Shown here piece after piece: positions 9,496 to 20,976 of a DNA stretch of 63,480 nt. Every line of letters begins with the position of its first letter. Positions within the stretch are counted from its first letter, which is position 1. Origin of the DNA: Draconibacterium orientale (GTDB lineage Bacteria; Bacteroidota; Bacteroidia; Bacteroidales; UBA1556). The DNA is taken from NCBI GenBank assembly GCA_020718275.1, contig DYSI01000005.1, forward strand, positions 1-63,480. The letters are read 5' to 3'. A program made the translations under genes and the position numbers. The notes below the pieces were generated by a model that was not told the origin of the DNA, did not search any database, and saw only the letters and a list, made by a program, of their open reading frames with translations.

Positions 9496-12123
9496 ATGGA
9501 GATTGCAAGTAGATACAATCCGGTTGAAATAGAAGAAAAATGGTATCAGCACTGGCTGAAAAATAAATATTTTAGTTCCAAAGTCGATGACAGGGAGCCA
9601 TACACCATCGTTATTCCTCCACCAAATGTTACAGGAGTTTTGCACATGGGCCACATGCTCAACAATACCATTCAAGATGTGTTGATTCGCCGTGCACGTA
9701 TGCAAGGGAAAAATGCTTGTTGGGTTCCGGGGACCGATCATGCTTCCATTGCTACTGAGGCCAAAGTGGTTGCTAAGTTAAAGGAACAGGGAATACATAA
9801 AAACGATCTTAGCCGTGATCAGTTTCTTGAACACGCTTGGGAATGGACTCATAAACATGGGGGAATTATCCTCGAACAACTCAAAAAACTAGGCGCCAGT
9901 TGCGATTGGGATCGTACCAAATTTACCATGGACGACGATATGTCCGAATCCGTTCTACAAGTTTTTAACGACCTGTACAACAAGGGGTTGATTTATCGTG
10001 GCTACCGTATGGTAAACTGGGATCCTGAAGCCAAAACTACCGTTTCGGATGAGGAAGTCATTTATAAAGAGAAAAATGGTAAACTGTATTATCTGCGCTA
10101 TCCAATTGATGGCGAAGATCAATTTGTAAGCATTGCCACCACCCGCCCCGAAACTATTTTGGGAGATACCGCTATTTGCTACAATCCCAAGGATGAGCGT
10201 TTTGCACATTTGGCCGGAAAAAAGGTAATTGTACCAGTGGCAAATCGCCTAATCCCGCTCATCGCCGATGAATACGTGGATATGGAGTTTGGAACCGGCT
10301 GTTTGAAAATTACCCCAGCTCACGATCCAAACGATAAGGAAATTGGCGAACGCCACCAACTCGAAATTATTGATATTTTTAATGATGACGCAAGCCTCAA
10401 CGAACATGGGTTGCATTATCAAGGGATGGATAGATTTGAATGTAGAAAACAGATAGTTAAAGAGTTAGAATCGCTTGGTAATTTGGTTAAGATTGAAGAT
10501 TACCAAAATAAAGTGGGCGCTTCGGAGCGCACAGGTGCCGTAATCGAACCGAAATTATCCTACCAATGGTTTCTGCAAATGGAAAAACTTGCGCAACCTG
10601 CCTTGAAAGCAGTCATGGAGGATGTAATTCAATTGGTGCCCGAAAAATTTAAAAATACCTATCGTCATTGGATGGAAAATGTGCGCGATTGGAATATCTC
10701 CCGTCAATTATGGTGGGGGCATCGAATCCCTGCCTGGTTTTATGGTGAAGGATTTGATGATTTTGTGGTGGCTATGAATGCTAATCAAGCCTTAGAACTT
10801 GCCCGTGTTAAAGCTGGAAATCAATTCTTGACCCTCGATAATCTCCGTCAGGAATCGGATGTGCTTGATACCTGGTTTTCAAGTTGGTTATGGCCAATTT
10901 CTGTTTTCGACGGGATTCGTAATCCTGATAATCAAGAAATTAAATACTATTATCCTACGAATGATCTGGTAACCGCTCCCGAGATATTATTCTTTTGGGT
11001 GGCGAGGATGATTATTGCTGGCTATGAATGGCAAAATGACAAACCTTTTTCTGCGGTTTATCTCACGGGTATCGTCCGCGATAAATTGGGTCGCAAAATG
11101 TCGAAGAGTCTAGGCAATTCTCCCGATCCCATTGATTTAATCAATCAGTATGGTGCCGATGGCGTTCGCGTTGGAATGTTGCTTACTTCGCCTGCCGGAA
11201 ACGATTTGCCTTTTGATGAAGCTTTATGCGAACAAGGGCGTAATTTCTCCAATAAAATCTGGAATGCCTTGCGCCTCATCAAATCTTTTGATGTGTATCA
11301 GAATCAACCAAGTGCCGCTGCTATTGCTGGCATGGATTGGATGGAAGCTCGTATCAATCAAAGTATCGAAATTATTGAAGATCACTTTGTTAAATACCGC
11401 ATTTCGGACGCGCTAATGGCTACTTATAAATTGGTTTGGGACGACTTCTGCTCCAATTATTTGGAAATAATTAAACCTGCCTATCAGCAACCCATCGATC
11501 AAATTACGCTCGATAGAACGGTAATTTTCTTTGAAAAGCTAATGAAATTGTTGCACCCATTTATGCCTTTCCTCACCGAAGAAGTGTGGCATACACTCCG
11601 TATGCAAGATAAAGATTTAATGATTTCGTCTTTGCCAAAAGCCGACAAATATGACCTTCAATTACTGCAAGATTTTGAATTTGCACAAGAAATCATAGTC
11701 GGATTGCGTAATATTCGCAATAAAAAAAATATTCAAAACAAGGAATCTCTAGATCTTTTTATTCAATTAAATCAAGAGAAACCACTATCAGATTCGCTCC
11801 TTGCTTTGATAAAAAAGCTCTCTAATTTGAGTCAGATTCAATTGATAGATAACGAATTGGATGGCGCAAATCGTTTTATGGTGCGCACAGCTTCTTTCTT
11901 TGTGCCCATGCAAGAAGTCTTGGATGTAAGCTCCGAATTAAAAAAATTAAACGAGGAATTGAACTACCAACAAGGATTCTTAAATGCCATCGAAAAGAAA
12001 CTGAGTAACGAAAGTTTTGTCGCAAAAGCGCCCATACAAGTGGTTGAAATTGAACGCAAAAAGGCTAATGAAGCTAGTCAGAAAATTGCAATTATCAAGG
12101 AACAGATAAATAAATTGTCATAA
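9496..12123 (+). CDS. valS: Valine--tRNA ligase
   Basis: PPPNVTG.LHMGH (HIGH), [18 protein letters not shown]-terminal coiled coil; start set at ATG 9496. Confidence 0.98.
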   Translation: MEIASRYNPVEIEEKWYQHWLKNKYFSSKVDDREPYTIVIPPPNVTGVLHMGHMLNNTIQDVLIRRARMQGKNACWVPGTDHASIATEAKVVAKLKEQGIHKNDLSRDQFLEHAWEWTHKHGGIILEQLKKLGASCDWDRTKFTMDDDMSESVLQVFNDLYNKGLIYRGYRMVNWDPEAKTTVSDEEVIYKEKNGKLYYLRYPIDGEDQFVSIATTRPETILGDTAICYNPKDERFAHLAGKKVIVPVANRLIPLIADEYVDMEFGTGCLKITPAHDPNDKEIGERHQLEIIDIFNDDASLNEHGLHYQGMDRFECRKQIVKELESLGNLVKIEDYQNKVGASERTGAVIEPKLSYQWFLQMEKLAQPALKAVMEDVIQLVPEKFKNTYRHWMENVRDWNISRQLWWGHRIPAWFYGEGFDDFVVAMNANQALELARVKAGNQFLTLDNLRQESDVLDTWFSSWLWPISVFDGIRNPDNQEIKYYYPTNDLVTAPEILFFWVARMIIAGYEWQNDKPFSAVYLTGIVRDKLGRKMSKSLGNSPDPIDLINQYGADGVRVGMLLTSPAGNDLPFDEALCEQGRNFSNKIWNALRLIKSFDVYQNQPSAAAIAGMDWMEARINQSIEIIEDHFVKYRISDALMATYKLVWDDFCSNYLEIIKPAYQQPIDQITLDRTVIFFEKLMKLLHPFMPFLTEEVWHTLRMQDKDLMISSLPKADKYDLQLLQDFEFAQEIIVGLRNIRNKKNIQNKESLDLFIQLNQEKPLSDSLLALIKKLSNLSQIQLIDNELDGANRFMVRTASFFVPMQEVLDVSSELKKLNEELNYQQGFLNAIEKKLSNESFVAKAPIQVVEIERKKANEASQKIAIIKEQINKLS

Positions 12124-12145
12124 GAAATAAGTAAATATTAATTAT

Positions 12146-13894
12146 ATGTTAAGGACACACAATTGTGGACAGCTCAATATGGTCAATGTAAATCAGGTGG
12201 TATTGTTGAGCGGATGGGTTCAAAAATCACGCGATTTAGGCGGAATGACTTTTATCGATCTTCGCGATCGATATGGACTAACTCAGTTAGTCTTCAATAT
12301 GGAAACCAATAGTGAATTATGCATGCAGGCTCGTAAGTTAGGTCGCGAATTTGTTATTCAGGTAAAGGGAATAGTCGCTGAACGCCAAAGTAAAAATAGC
12401 AAAATGCCTACTGGCGATATCGAAATATTAGTTAACGAAATCCAAATCCTGAACGTCAGCAAAACTCCACCGTTTACCATCGAAAATGAAACTGATGGAG
12501 GCGAAGAGATTCGCATGAAATATCGTTATTTAGATTTGCGTCGTAACCCTTTGAAGGATAATTTATTATTGCGCAATCAGTTGAGTTTTGAGGTTCGTTC
12601 GTATTTGCATGGAAACGATTTTATAGAGGTTGAAACACCTTATTTAATCAAAAGCACTCCCGAAGGCGCACGCGATTTTGTCGTTCCTTCGCGCATGAAC
12701 CCCGGTACTTTCTACGCCTTGCCACAATCACCACAAACTTTCAAACAGTTGTTGATGGTGAGTGGTTACGATCGCTATTATCAATTAGTAAAATGCTTTC
12801 GCGATGAGGACTTGCGGGCGGATCGCCAACCGGAATTTACGCAAATTGACTGCGAAATGTCCTTTATCGAACAAGATGATATTTTGAATACTTTCGAGGG
12901 ATTAACACGATATCTTTTCAAAAAAGTGAAAGGGGTGGAAATGAGCTCTTTCCCTCGTATGCTTTACGATGATGCCATGAGATTATATGGAAGTGATAAA
13001 CCCGATTTGCGATTTGGAATGCCTTTCGTGGAACTGAATGAATTGGCTCAAAATAAAGGATTTAGTGTTTTTGATACCGCTGAATTAGTGGTCGGAATTT
13101 GTGCAACTGGCGCCGCTTCCTTTACCCGTAAAGACTTGGATGGACTGACAGATTTTGTTCGTAAACCTCAGATTGGGGCTAAAGGACTCGTTTATGTGCG
13201 CGTAAATGAGGATGGAACTTATAAATCCTCAGTCGATAAATTTTATAGCGAAGCCGACCTTCAATCTTGGGCTGCGAAAATGAATGCTAAAGCGGGTGAT
13301 CTTCTGCTTATCCTTTCGGGTGACACGCATCCAACTCGAAAAGCTTTGAATGAACTTCGTCTCGAAATGGGCAACCGCCTCGGTTTGCGTAACCGAAATA
13401 CTTATGCTCCTTTGTGGGTTGTAGATTTTCCACTACTCGAATGGGATGAAGAAAGTGGTCGTTATCACGCGATGCATCACCCATTTACCTCTCCTAAACC
13501 CGAAGAAATGCATTTACTCGAAACCGATCCTGCAAAGGTGCACGCCAATGCTTACGATTTGGTTATCAATGGAGTAGAAATAGGTGGAGGAAGTATTAGA
13601 ATCTATGATAAAGACATCCAATCGCGTATGTTCTCTTTACTCGGTTTCAGCGAGGAGGATGCTAAATCCCAATTTGGATTTTTGATGAATGCCTTTGAAT
13701 ATGGCGCTCCTCCTCATGGCGGAATTGCTCTTGGTTTTGATCGATTGGTTGCTATGTTTGGTGGTAGCGACAGTATTCGCGATTATATCGCTTTCCCTAA
13801 AAATAATAGTGGACAAGATGTAATGATTTCTTCCCCATCAAGCATTTCTGATGTTCAGCTCAAGGAACTTAATCTGGTGGTGAAATTGAATTAA
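12146..13894 (+). CDS. aspS: Aspartate--tRNA ligase
   Basis: [54 protein letters not shown] insertion. Confidence 0.98.
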   Translation: MLRTHNCGQLNMVNVNQVVLLSGWVQKSRDLGGMTFIDLRDRYGLTQLVFNMETNSELCMQARKLGREFVIQVKGIVAERQSKNSKMPTGDIEILVNEIQILNVSKTPPFTIENETDGGEEIRMKYRYLDLRRNPLKDNLLLRNQLSFEVRSYLHGNDFIEVETPYLIKSTPEGARDFVVPSRMNPGTFYALPQSPQTFKQLLMVSGYDRYYQLVKCFRDEDLRADRQPEFTQIDCEMSFIEQDDILNTFEGLTRYLFKKVKGVEMSSFPRMLYDDAMRLYGSDKPDLRFGMPFVELNELAQNKGFSVFDTAELVVGICATGAASFTRKDLDGLTDFVRKPQIGAKGLVYVRVNEDGTYKSSVDKFYSEADLQSWAAKMNAKAGDLLLILSGDTHPTRKALNELRLEMGNRLGLRNRNTYAPLWVVDFPLLEWDEESGRYHAMHHPFTSPKPEEMHLLETDPAKVHANAYDLVINGVEIGGGSIRIYDKDIQSRMFSLLGFSEEDAKSQFGFLMNAFEYGAPPHGGIALGFDRLVAMFGGSDSIRDYIAFPKNNSGQDVMISSPSSISDVQLKELNLVVKLN

Positions 13895-13983
13895 GCCTTT
13901 GTCGGTTTAGTTTCAAATTAGCATATCTGAGTTGTATTGTGTTTTGAATTCAACAAAGGAAATAACTTTCCTTATTGGTCAGT

Positions 13984-14021
13984 AAAAGAAAAAAGCCGAA
14001 ATATTTCGGCTTTTTTCTTTT
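13984..14021. terminator. Bidirectional terminator between convergent aspS and pckA
   Basis: Perfect 38-bp palindrome AAAAGAAAAAAGCCGAAAT|ATTTCGGCTTTTTTCTTTT. Confidence 0.9.
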
Positions 14022-14032
14022 CTATAAGAGAT

Positions 14033-15697
14033 TTATAATTCTTCTCCTAATTGATTTAATCGTTTGGGTCCTGCTTTTTTAACTTCATCGGGAACGAAAT
14101 CGGCAAAGAGTTTGAAATTTTCAATATAACGAGAAACTAAGGCGTCGTATTTCTTCCAATAATCCTTCTTGTTTCCCCATGCATTAGATGGTTCAAAGAC
14201 TTCTTCAGGAACACCTGGGCAGCTCATCGGAATTTCAAAACCAAATAATTTATCGGTTCTAAATTTTGCGTTATCCAATTTTCCTTCGAGGGCAGCATTG
14301 AGCATAGCACGGGTGTGACGGATTGAAATCCGTTTACCAACACCGAATTTTCCGCCAACCCAGCCTGTATTTACTAGCCAAATGGTAGCACCAGAACGTT
14401 CTGCTTTTTGACGTAGTAAGTTGGCATAAAAGTAAGGATGGTGAACCATAAACGGGGCACCAAAACAAGCGCTGAAGGTAATTTCTGGCTCAATTCCTAA
14501 ACCTAATTCGGTGCCGGCAATTTTGGAGGTGTAGCCACTTATAAAATGATAAATTGCCTGATTCATATTCAAACGGGCAATTGGAGGTAAAACGCCTTGT
14601 GCATCAGCGGTCAAGAAAATGATATTTTTAGGCTGAGTTTTAACCATTTTTTCCTTCACCGCATTCGGAATAAATTCTAAAGGATAGGATAGACGGGTGT
14701 TTTCGGTGATGCGTTCATCATCTAAATCGAGTTGACGAGAGGCGAGATCGTAAACCACATTTTCCAAAATGGTACCGAAACGATAGGTACAGGCATGGAT
14801 CTCTGGCTCTGCTTCTGCCGATAGTCGAATGGCTTTTGCGTAACATCCAGCTTCGTAATTGAAAACTCCATTATCACTCCAGCCATGTTCGTCATCTCCA
14901 ATGAGCTTGCGTTTTGGGTCAGCCGAAAGGGTTGTTTTTCCAGTGCCACTGAGTCCAAAAAATAAAGCTACATCTCCATCATCTCCCACATTAGCAGAGC
15001 AATGCATCGACATCACATCTTGCAAGGGCATCAAGAAATTCATAATGGTAAAGATGGATTTTTTTACCTCACCTGCATATTCACTGCCTGCAATTATCGC
15101 AAGGCGTTGCGCAAAATTTATCACAATAGCAGTTTCGCTTAAGGTGCCGTCAATGCGGGGATCTACTTTGAATTTTGGACTTACCATAATGGTAAAATCG
15201 GGAACGAATTGCTTAAGCTTAGCCAAATCAGTTTCTGCTAAGAGCATATTTCTCGAAAAATGGGCAGTCCATGCCTTGTCGGTAATTATGCGCACTGGTA
15301 AACGATATTCAGGATCAGCACCAGCATATAAATCTTGTACAAATAATTCTTCTCCTTGCCAAAAAGATTGGAGGCGCGAGAATAATCCATTGAATTTTTC
15401 TGGAGTCATGGGTCGATTATAAACGCCCCAATCAATCATTTGTTCTGTACTATCTTCTTTTACAAAATACTTGTCGTTGGCGGCACGAGCGGTCCATTTT
15501 CCGGTGTAAACCTGAAAAGCACCTCCGTTTACAAGCTTTCCTTCGCCTCTGAAAACTGCCTCTTCAACTAAGGCAGGCGTTGGTAAGTTCCAATAAACCG
15601 TGTCGATATGCACTAAGCCATGGTTGGCTAATCCAAAATTGGATTTGTAATCCGCAGCATGTTTTATGGCTGGGGTATCAAATTTTAAATATTTCAT
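14033..15697 (-). CDS. pckA: Phosphoenolpyruvate carboxykinase (ATP)
   Basis: MHCSAN, FFGLSGTGKTTLS, LIGDDEHGW, GCYAK, FSACFGAPF, VNTGW. Confidence 0.97.
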   Translation of the reverse strand: MKYLKFDTPAIKHAADYKSNFGLANHGLVHIDTVYWNLPTPALVEEAVFRGEGKLVNGGAFQVYTGKWTARAANDKYFVKEDSTEQMIDWGVYNRPMTPEKFNGLFSRLQSFWQGEELFVQDLYAGADPEYRLPVRIITDKAWTAHFSRNMLLAETDLAKLKQFVPDFTIMVSPKFKVDPRIDGTLSETAIVINFAQRLAIIAGSEYAGEVKKSIFTIMNFLMPLQDVMSMHCSANVGDDGDVALFFGLSGTGKTTLSADPKRKLIGDDEHGWSDNGVFNYEAGCYAKAIRLSAEAEPEIHACTYRFGTILENVVYDLASRQLDLDDERITENTRLSYPLEFIPNAVKEKMVKTQPKNIIFLTADAQGVLPPIARLNMNQAIYHFISGYTSKIAGTELGLGIEPEITFSACFGAPFMVHHPYFYANLLRQKAERSGATIWLVNTGWVGGKFGVGKRISIRHTRAMLNAALEGKLDNAKFRTDKLFGFEIPMSCPGVPEEVFEPSNAWGNKKDYWKKYDALVSRYIENFKLFADFVPDEVKKAGPKRLNQLGEEL

Positions 15698-15721
15698 TGC
15701 TTGATAATGTTAAAGTTATAA

Positions 15722-16939
15722 CTAAACCCAATCACGAACTAATTTACGCTCACCAATATAGAGTTCATTTGATGAGTTGGGGTCTATAGCCCATTTCATT
15801 CGTTCGATTCCCTCGGTGATGTCTTTTATTGACCCGCAATAGCTTAAGCGCAAATGACCGTCGAGTCCAAACTCAACGCCAGGCATGGCCAATACTCTAA
15901 CCTTGTCGAGCAATAATTTTGATAATTTGGTTGAGTCTTTTTCGTAGGCACTGAAATCCGCAAAGGCATAGAAAGTTCCATCTGGTTCAATTAATCGCAC
16001 GCCTTCAAAGGCTTTTAAGCGTTGAATCATGACCGAACGATTGTTTTCGAGGGTGGTTCTCAAACTCTCGATGCTTGATTGTACTCCACTGATTGCGCCA
16101 ATGGCTGCTTTCTGAAGTAGGATAGAAGGTCCTGAAGTTTGATGGCCTTGTATGTTGGCCATTACTTTGATTAAGCGCTTGTTAGCAATTCCCCAGCCAA
16201 TTCTGAAACCGGTCATTGCATAGGCTTTGCTTACGCCATTGATAATAATTAGCTTGCTGTTTTCTGAGAAATCCTTCACATGATCAAATACATTAACTGC
16301 TTTCACCCCATTAAAAGTAAGTTGGTGGTAAATGTCGTCCATGATTAGATAAATGCTTTTGCGCTCGCAGAAATCCACAATTTCACTGATTAATGAAGCG
16401 GGATAAACGGCACCTGTGGGATTGTTTGGGCTATTGATAATGATAGCTTTGGTGTACGAAGTTACATTTCTTTCGATATCGCTGAGGCGTGGCGTAAAGG
16501 ATCCATCTTCGGGAAGTACTGGTACAGGAATGGCGCCACATAGTTTTACCATTTCGGGATAAGAAACCCAATAAGGTGCTGGGTAAATAACTTCGTCTTG
16601 AGGATTGAGAATAGCTTGTAAAGCAACCATTAACGCTTGTTTTGCGCCACTAGATGCGATGATATTCTCGGGCTCTACTTGACGGTGGTAATGATCCATG
16701 GTGTAACGGATAATTGCCTTTTTCATTTCTACACTTCCATCCACGGGGGCATAGCGTACCTCTCCCGAGTTGAGATGCGCAGTGATGGCAGTGAGTGCAT
16801 CAATGGGGGCTTTGCTTTTTGGTTCTCCTCCTCCTAGGTGAATTACGGGTTCGCCTTTGGCTTTTAAGATTGCAAATGTTTCATTCAGTTTTAAGGTCAC
16901 CGATTCACCAATAGATCGGCCTATTAGACTAATACTCAT
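15722..16939 (-). CDS. PLP-dependent aminotransferase class I/II (aspartate aminotransferase-like)
   Basis: GAKQAL, PYWVSY, NSPNNPTG, DDIY, SKAYAMTGFRIG (PLP lysine). Confidence 0.92.
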   Translation of the reverse strand: MSISLIGRSIGESVTLKLNETFAILKAKGEPVIHLGGGEPKSKAPIDALTAITAHLNSGEVRYAPVDGSVEMKKAIIRYTMDHYHRQVEPENIIASSGAKQALMVALQAILNPQDEVIYPAPYWVSYPEMVKLCGAIPVPVLPEDGSFTPRLSDIERNVTSYTKAIIINSPNNPTGAVYPASLISEIVDFCERKSIYLIMDDIYHQLTFNGVKAVNVFDHVKDFSENSKLIIINGVSKAYAMTGFRIGWGIANKRLIKVMANIQGHQTSGPSILLQKAAIGAISGVQSSIESLRTTLENNRSVMIQRLKAFEGVRLIEPDGTFYAFADFSAYEKDSTKLSKLLLDKVRVLAMPGVEFGLDGHLRLSYCGSIKDITEGIERMKWAIDPNSSNELYIGERKLVRDWV

Positions 16940-17005
16940 TTTATTATGTTTTGGACGTTAATATAAAGATTGTTTTGAAAATTGGATGTATGTGTTGAAA
17001 AGCAA

Positions 17006-17013
17006 CAAATATA
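17006..17013 (-). promoter_or_regulatory. -7 element TATATTTG for the aminotransferase-pckA operon
   Basis: Exact TAnnTTTG on the minus strand. Confidence 0.6.
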
Positions 17014-17187
17014 AAAGATAATATAATGAGTAATGAAAAAAACCTTTTTGAGAGGGCTATTTTATAATGTTTCTAAACAACAGACTGCTTTTTCACTCCT
17101 ACAAATGGTGGATTGATTACGAAAGTTTAGGCCAAGTTATGGAGATTGCGTTCTTCGTAAAAATACTGCCTAATCAGGATCTAACCT

Positions 17188-18159
17188 TTATGACATGCTT
17201 TGAGTAGGTCTGGAAGAAATTTCGATAATCTTTTTATATTCTTCGGGGCTAAGGTCTTGATAAAAGAAATTTACTGGATCGATTGGTTTCCCATTTTTAC
17301 GCACTTCGTAATGTAAATGGGGTCCTGTGGAACGTCCTGTATTACCAACATAGCCAATAATTTCGCCTCGCTTAACTATTTGACCGGGCTTTACAATGAT
17401 TTTACTCATGTGTGCATACAGCGTTTGGTATCCATAGCCGTGATTTATTTCTACCACTAGGCCATATCCTCCTAAATCTTCGCTTGGATAGGCGACTTTT
17501 CCGTCGCCAGTGGCATAAATTGGCGTTCCTATTGGAGCTGAGAAATCAATGCCGGTATGCATTCTCATCGTTTTATAAATAGGATGCATGCGATAGCCAA
17601 AACCTGAGACTATCCTAGTAAAATCTTTGTTTGTGATTGGTTGTATACCAGGTATGGACGCTAGCATTTTCGATTTTGATTTAGCTAATTTGTATACCTT
17701 ATCAAAAGATTTTGACTGAATGTACAATTCGCGGCTCAATTGATCTATACGCTTGGTGGTTTCTATAATTAAGTCGCTATTTTCGTATCCCTTCAATTCG
17801 GCATAGCGATCAACACCGCCAATACCAGCCCTCCGCTCGTCGATTGGCACCGGCTCAGCTTCGAAAATTGTACGGTAAATATTATCATCGCGCTCTTCAA
17901 TGTCTTTTAGCACTTTCGACATCAAATCAAGTCGTTTATTCATCAACTCAATTTGTAATTCGTATTGTCTATTTTCTCTTTTAAGCGTTAATTCTTTAGG
18001 CGAATCAAAGAAATTGTATGCAATTAGAATCATTGTCGCGGCAAATACCAACCCACCAATAATCGAAAAGCTACCATGTCGTAGCAGCTCTTTCCCTCGA
18101 AGTCGAACTCTTTCAAACTCTAAAGTATGTGGATTTATCTTATATTTCCCTTTGCTCAT
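17188..18159 (-). CDS. M23 family metallopeptidase
   Basis: HTGIDF, YAHM, STGPHLHYEV; N-terminal TM and coiled coil. Confidence 0.95.
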   Translation of the reverse strand: MSKGKYKINPHTLEFERVRLRGKELLRHGSFSIIGGLVFAATMILIAYNFFDSPKELTLKRENRQYELQIELMNKRLDLMSKVLKDIEERDDNIYRTIFEAEPVPIDERRAGIGGVDRYAELKGYENSDLIIETTKRIDQLSRELYIQSKSFDKVYKLAKSKSKMLASIPGIQPITNKDFTRIVSGFGYRMHPIYKTMRMHTGIDFSAPIGTPIYATGDGKVAYPSEDLGGYGLVVEINHGYGYQTLYAHMSKIIVKPGQIVKRGEIIGYVGNTGRSTGPHLHYEVRKNGKPIDPVNFFYQDLSPEEYKKIIEISSRPTQSMS

Positions 18160-18209
18160 ATTACACGATATCCGGTAAAAAATTGAGCGGTAAAATTAAT
18201 GAAATAATT

Positions 18210-18217
18210 TAACTTTG
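18210..18217 (+). promoter_or_regulatory. -7 element TAACTTTG for alaS
   Basis: Exact match followed by CCG. Confidence 0.65.
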
Positions 18218-18310
18218 CCGCCTAATCCATTTTATTGACATTTTTTAAGCTTTCATGGACTCAATGTCTTTTTGTTTTATGGATTTTAACGTCAAAATTA
18301 TTTTCATTTT

Positions 18311-20926
18311 ATGATGCAAGCAATCAATATCCGCCAATCTTTTTTGGATTTCTTTAAAGAGAAAAATCATCAAATTGTACCATCAGCGCCTATGGTTATT
18401 AAAAATGACCCTAGTTTGATGTTTACCAATGCAGGGATGAATCAGTTTAAGGAAATATTTTTAGGCAATAGCCCAGCTAACTATAAGCGCATTGCTGATA
18501 CACAGAAATGTTTGAGAGTTAGCGGAAAACATAATGATTTAGAAGAGGTTGGACATGATACTTACCATCATACCATGTTCGAGATGCTAGGAAACTGGTC
18601 GTTTGGCGATTATTTTAAACGCGAAGCCATTGATTGGGCTTATGAGTTTTTGGTCGAGCGAATGAAAATAAATAAAGATCAGTTATATGTAACGGTTTTT
18701 GAGGGTGACAAAGCTGATAATCTTGATTCTGATGAAGAGGCAAAGCAATACTGGGCTGAGAAATTTCCAGAATCTCAAATTCTTTATGGAAACAAAAAAG
18801 ATAACTTTTGGGAAATGGGTGATCAGGGTCCATGCGGGCCATGCTCCGAAGTCCACGTAGATATTAGAAATCCTGAAGATCGTGCTAGAATTTCAGGGGC
18901 TACTTTAGTCAATAAAGACCACCCACAAGTAATCGAAGTTTGGAATTTGGTATTTATTCAATTTAACCGTAAAGCGGATGGTAGCCTCGAATCATTGCCC
19001 GACAAACATGTGGATACTGGAATGGGTTTCGAGCGCTTATGTATGGTGATGCAGGGCGTACAGAGTAATTACGATACCGATGTTTTTCAACCGATGATTC
19101 AGCAATTGGCCGCATTGGCACATCAAAAATATGGCGAAAATAAACAAGTAGATATTGCTTTAAGGGTAGTTGCCGATCATATTCGTGCCATCGCTTTTTC
19201 AATTGCTGACGGTCAATTGCCCTCTAATAATAAGGCTGGATATGTCATTCGACGTATTTTGCGCCGCGCAATTCGCTATGGATATACTTTCTTGAATTTT
19301 GATAAGCCTTTTATTTTTAGCCTAATTCCAATGCTTGTGCAAGATATGGGCGCAGCCTATCCCGAATTGGTGAAGAATAAAGATTTGATAATGAATGTTA
19401 TTAGAAGCGAAGAAGAGACTTTTCTTCACACCCTTGCGCATGGTCTTACTATGCTCAACAAAATGATTGATGATCTTAAACTTAGAGGTGAAGACACTGT
19501 TTCGGGTGAAGCGGCTTTCGAATTGTACGATACTTTTGGATTTCCACTCGATTTGACGGCTTTAATCTTGAGTGAACGACAAATGAAAGTAGATTTTCAA
19601 GCTTTTGAGGGGCAAATGCAAATGCAAAAAGAACGCTCACGCAACGATGCAGCCAAAGTGTCTTCCGACTGGGTGGTGCTTGATTCTGAAAATCAAAGCG
19701 TTTTTGTTGGGTATAACTCTACCGAATGTGAGGTTTCTATCTTGAAGTATCGCAAGCAAGTGATCAAGAATAAAGATGTATACCAACTAGTATTTGATAA
19801 AACTCCTTTTTATGCCGAAAGTGGGGGACAAGTGGGGGATAAAGGATTTATCGAATTTGAATACCAAAAAATTTATATAACTGATACTCAGAAGGAAAAT
19901 AGCCTTATTGTACATACAACGGAGGCTTTGCCAATCCGTTTAGACGCTAGCTTTAGCGCTGTAGTGGATGTAAACCGTCGTCAACGAATCACCAATAATC
20001 ATTCGGCTACACACCTTTTGCACAAAGCCTTGAGGGAGGTTCTTGGATCTCATGTTGAACAAAAAGGAAGTTTGGTTTCTGAACATAGTTTACGATTCGA
20101 CTTTTCACATTTTCAGAAATTGTCCGATGATGAAGTCAAAAGAGTGGAACAGATTGTTAATCAAGCTATTCGTGCGAATGAGGCTTGCCAACTATTTAAC
20201 AATATGAGCATGAATCAAGCGCAACAAATGGGGGCAATGGCTCTTTTTGGTGAAAAATATGGGGACCATGTAAGGGTGGTAAAATTTGGCGATTCAGTGG
20301 AGTTATGCGGAGGTACTCATGTGAATGCCACCGGACAAATTGGACAATTTATAATTCGTCAAGAAACGTCCATTGCGGCCGGTATTCGCCGAATCGAAGC
20401 AATCACTGCCGATACCGCCGAACAATACTTAATTGATCAACGGGCATTGCTCGATGAACTGCGGTCATTGCTAAAGAACCCTGCAGATTTACCAAAAGCT
20501 ATCGAACAAATCATGACTCAAAATAAGGATTTACAACGTAAACTCGATCAGTTTCAACAAGTAGCTTTGCAACAACAAAAGCTTAGCTTGCTTGATCATA
20601 CTGTAAAAGTTGGCGAGGTTCAGCTTATTGCTAATCAATTAGATATGGATGTGGAGAGTTTGAAGCGAATCTGCCAGCAAATTGTAGCTGAAAATGCTAA
20701 TATGGTTGTTTTGCTGGCAAGTATTCAGGATGGAAAACCTTCTATTTGCGTTGGGGTCTCTAAAGATCTGATTGAAATCAAAAAGTTGAACGCGGGTAAT
20801 ATTATTAGAGAGTTGGCTAAAGAAATAGATGGCGGCGGTGGTGGACAAGCTCACCTAGCTGCTGCAGGCGGCAAAAATCCTGCTGGTGTTCCTGCTGTCT
20901 TGGCTCGAATTAAGGAATTAATTTAG
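18311..20926 (+). CDS. alaS: Alanine--tRNA ligase
   Basis: FTNAGMNQFK, QKCLR, FEMLGNWSFGDYFK, NHSATHLLH, ELCGGTH, C-Ala GGGGG. Confidence 0.98.
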   Translation: MMQAINIRQSFLDFFKEKNHQIVPSAPMVIKNDPSLMFTNAGMNQFKEIFLGNSPANYKRIADTQKCLRVSGKHNDLEEVGHDTYHHTMFEMLGNWSFGDYFKREAIDWAYEFLVERMKINKDQLYVTVFEGDKADNLDSDEEAKQYWAEKFPESQILYGNKKDNFWEMGDQGPCGPCSEVHVDIRNPEDRARISGATLVNKDHPQVIEVWNLVFIQFNRKADGSLESLPDKHVDTGMGFERLCMVMQGVQSNYDTDVFQPMIQQLAALAHQKYGENKQVDIALRVVADHIRAIAFSIADGQLPSNNKAGYVIRRILRRAIRYGYTFLNFDKPFIFSLIPMLVQDMGAAYPELVKNKDLIMNVIRSEEETFLHTLAHGLTMLNKMIDDLKLRGEDTVSGEAAFELYDTFGFPLDLTALILSERQMKVDFQAFEGQMQMQKERSRNDAAKVSSDWVVLDSENQSVFVGYNSTECEVSILKYRKQVIKNKDVYQLVFDKTPFYAESGGQVGDKGFIEFEYQKIYITDTQKENSLIVHTTEALPIRLDASFSAVVDVNRRQRITNNHSATHLLHKALREVLGSHVEQKGSLVSEHSLRFDFSHFQKLSDDEVKRVEQIVNQAIRANEACQLFNNMSMNQAQQMGAMALFGEKYGDHVRVVKFGDSVELCGGTHVNATGQIGQFIIRQETSIAAGIRRIEAITADTAEQYLIDQRALLDELRSLLKNPADLPKAIEQIMTQNKDLQRKLDQFQQVALQQQKLSLLDHTVKVGEVQLIANQLDMDVESLKRICQQIVAENANMVVLLASIQDGKPSICVGVSKDLIEIKKLNAGNIIRELAKEIDGGGGGQAHLAAAGGKNPAGVPAVLARIKELI

Positions 20927-20976
20927 CATTCCAAAATATGCTTTCGCTGCTTTCTTTAACCTTTAATCATTCTAAA

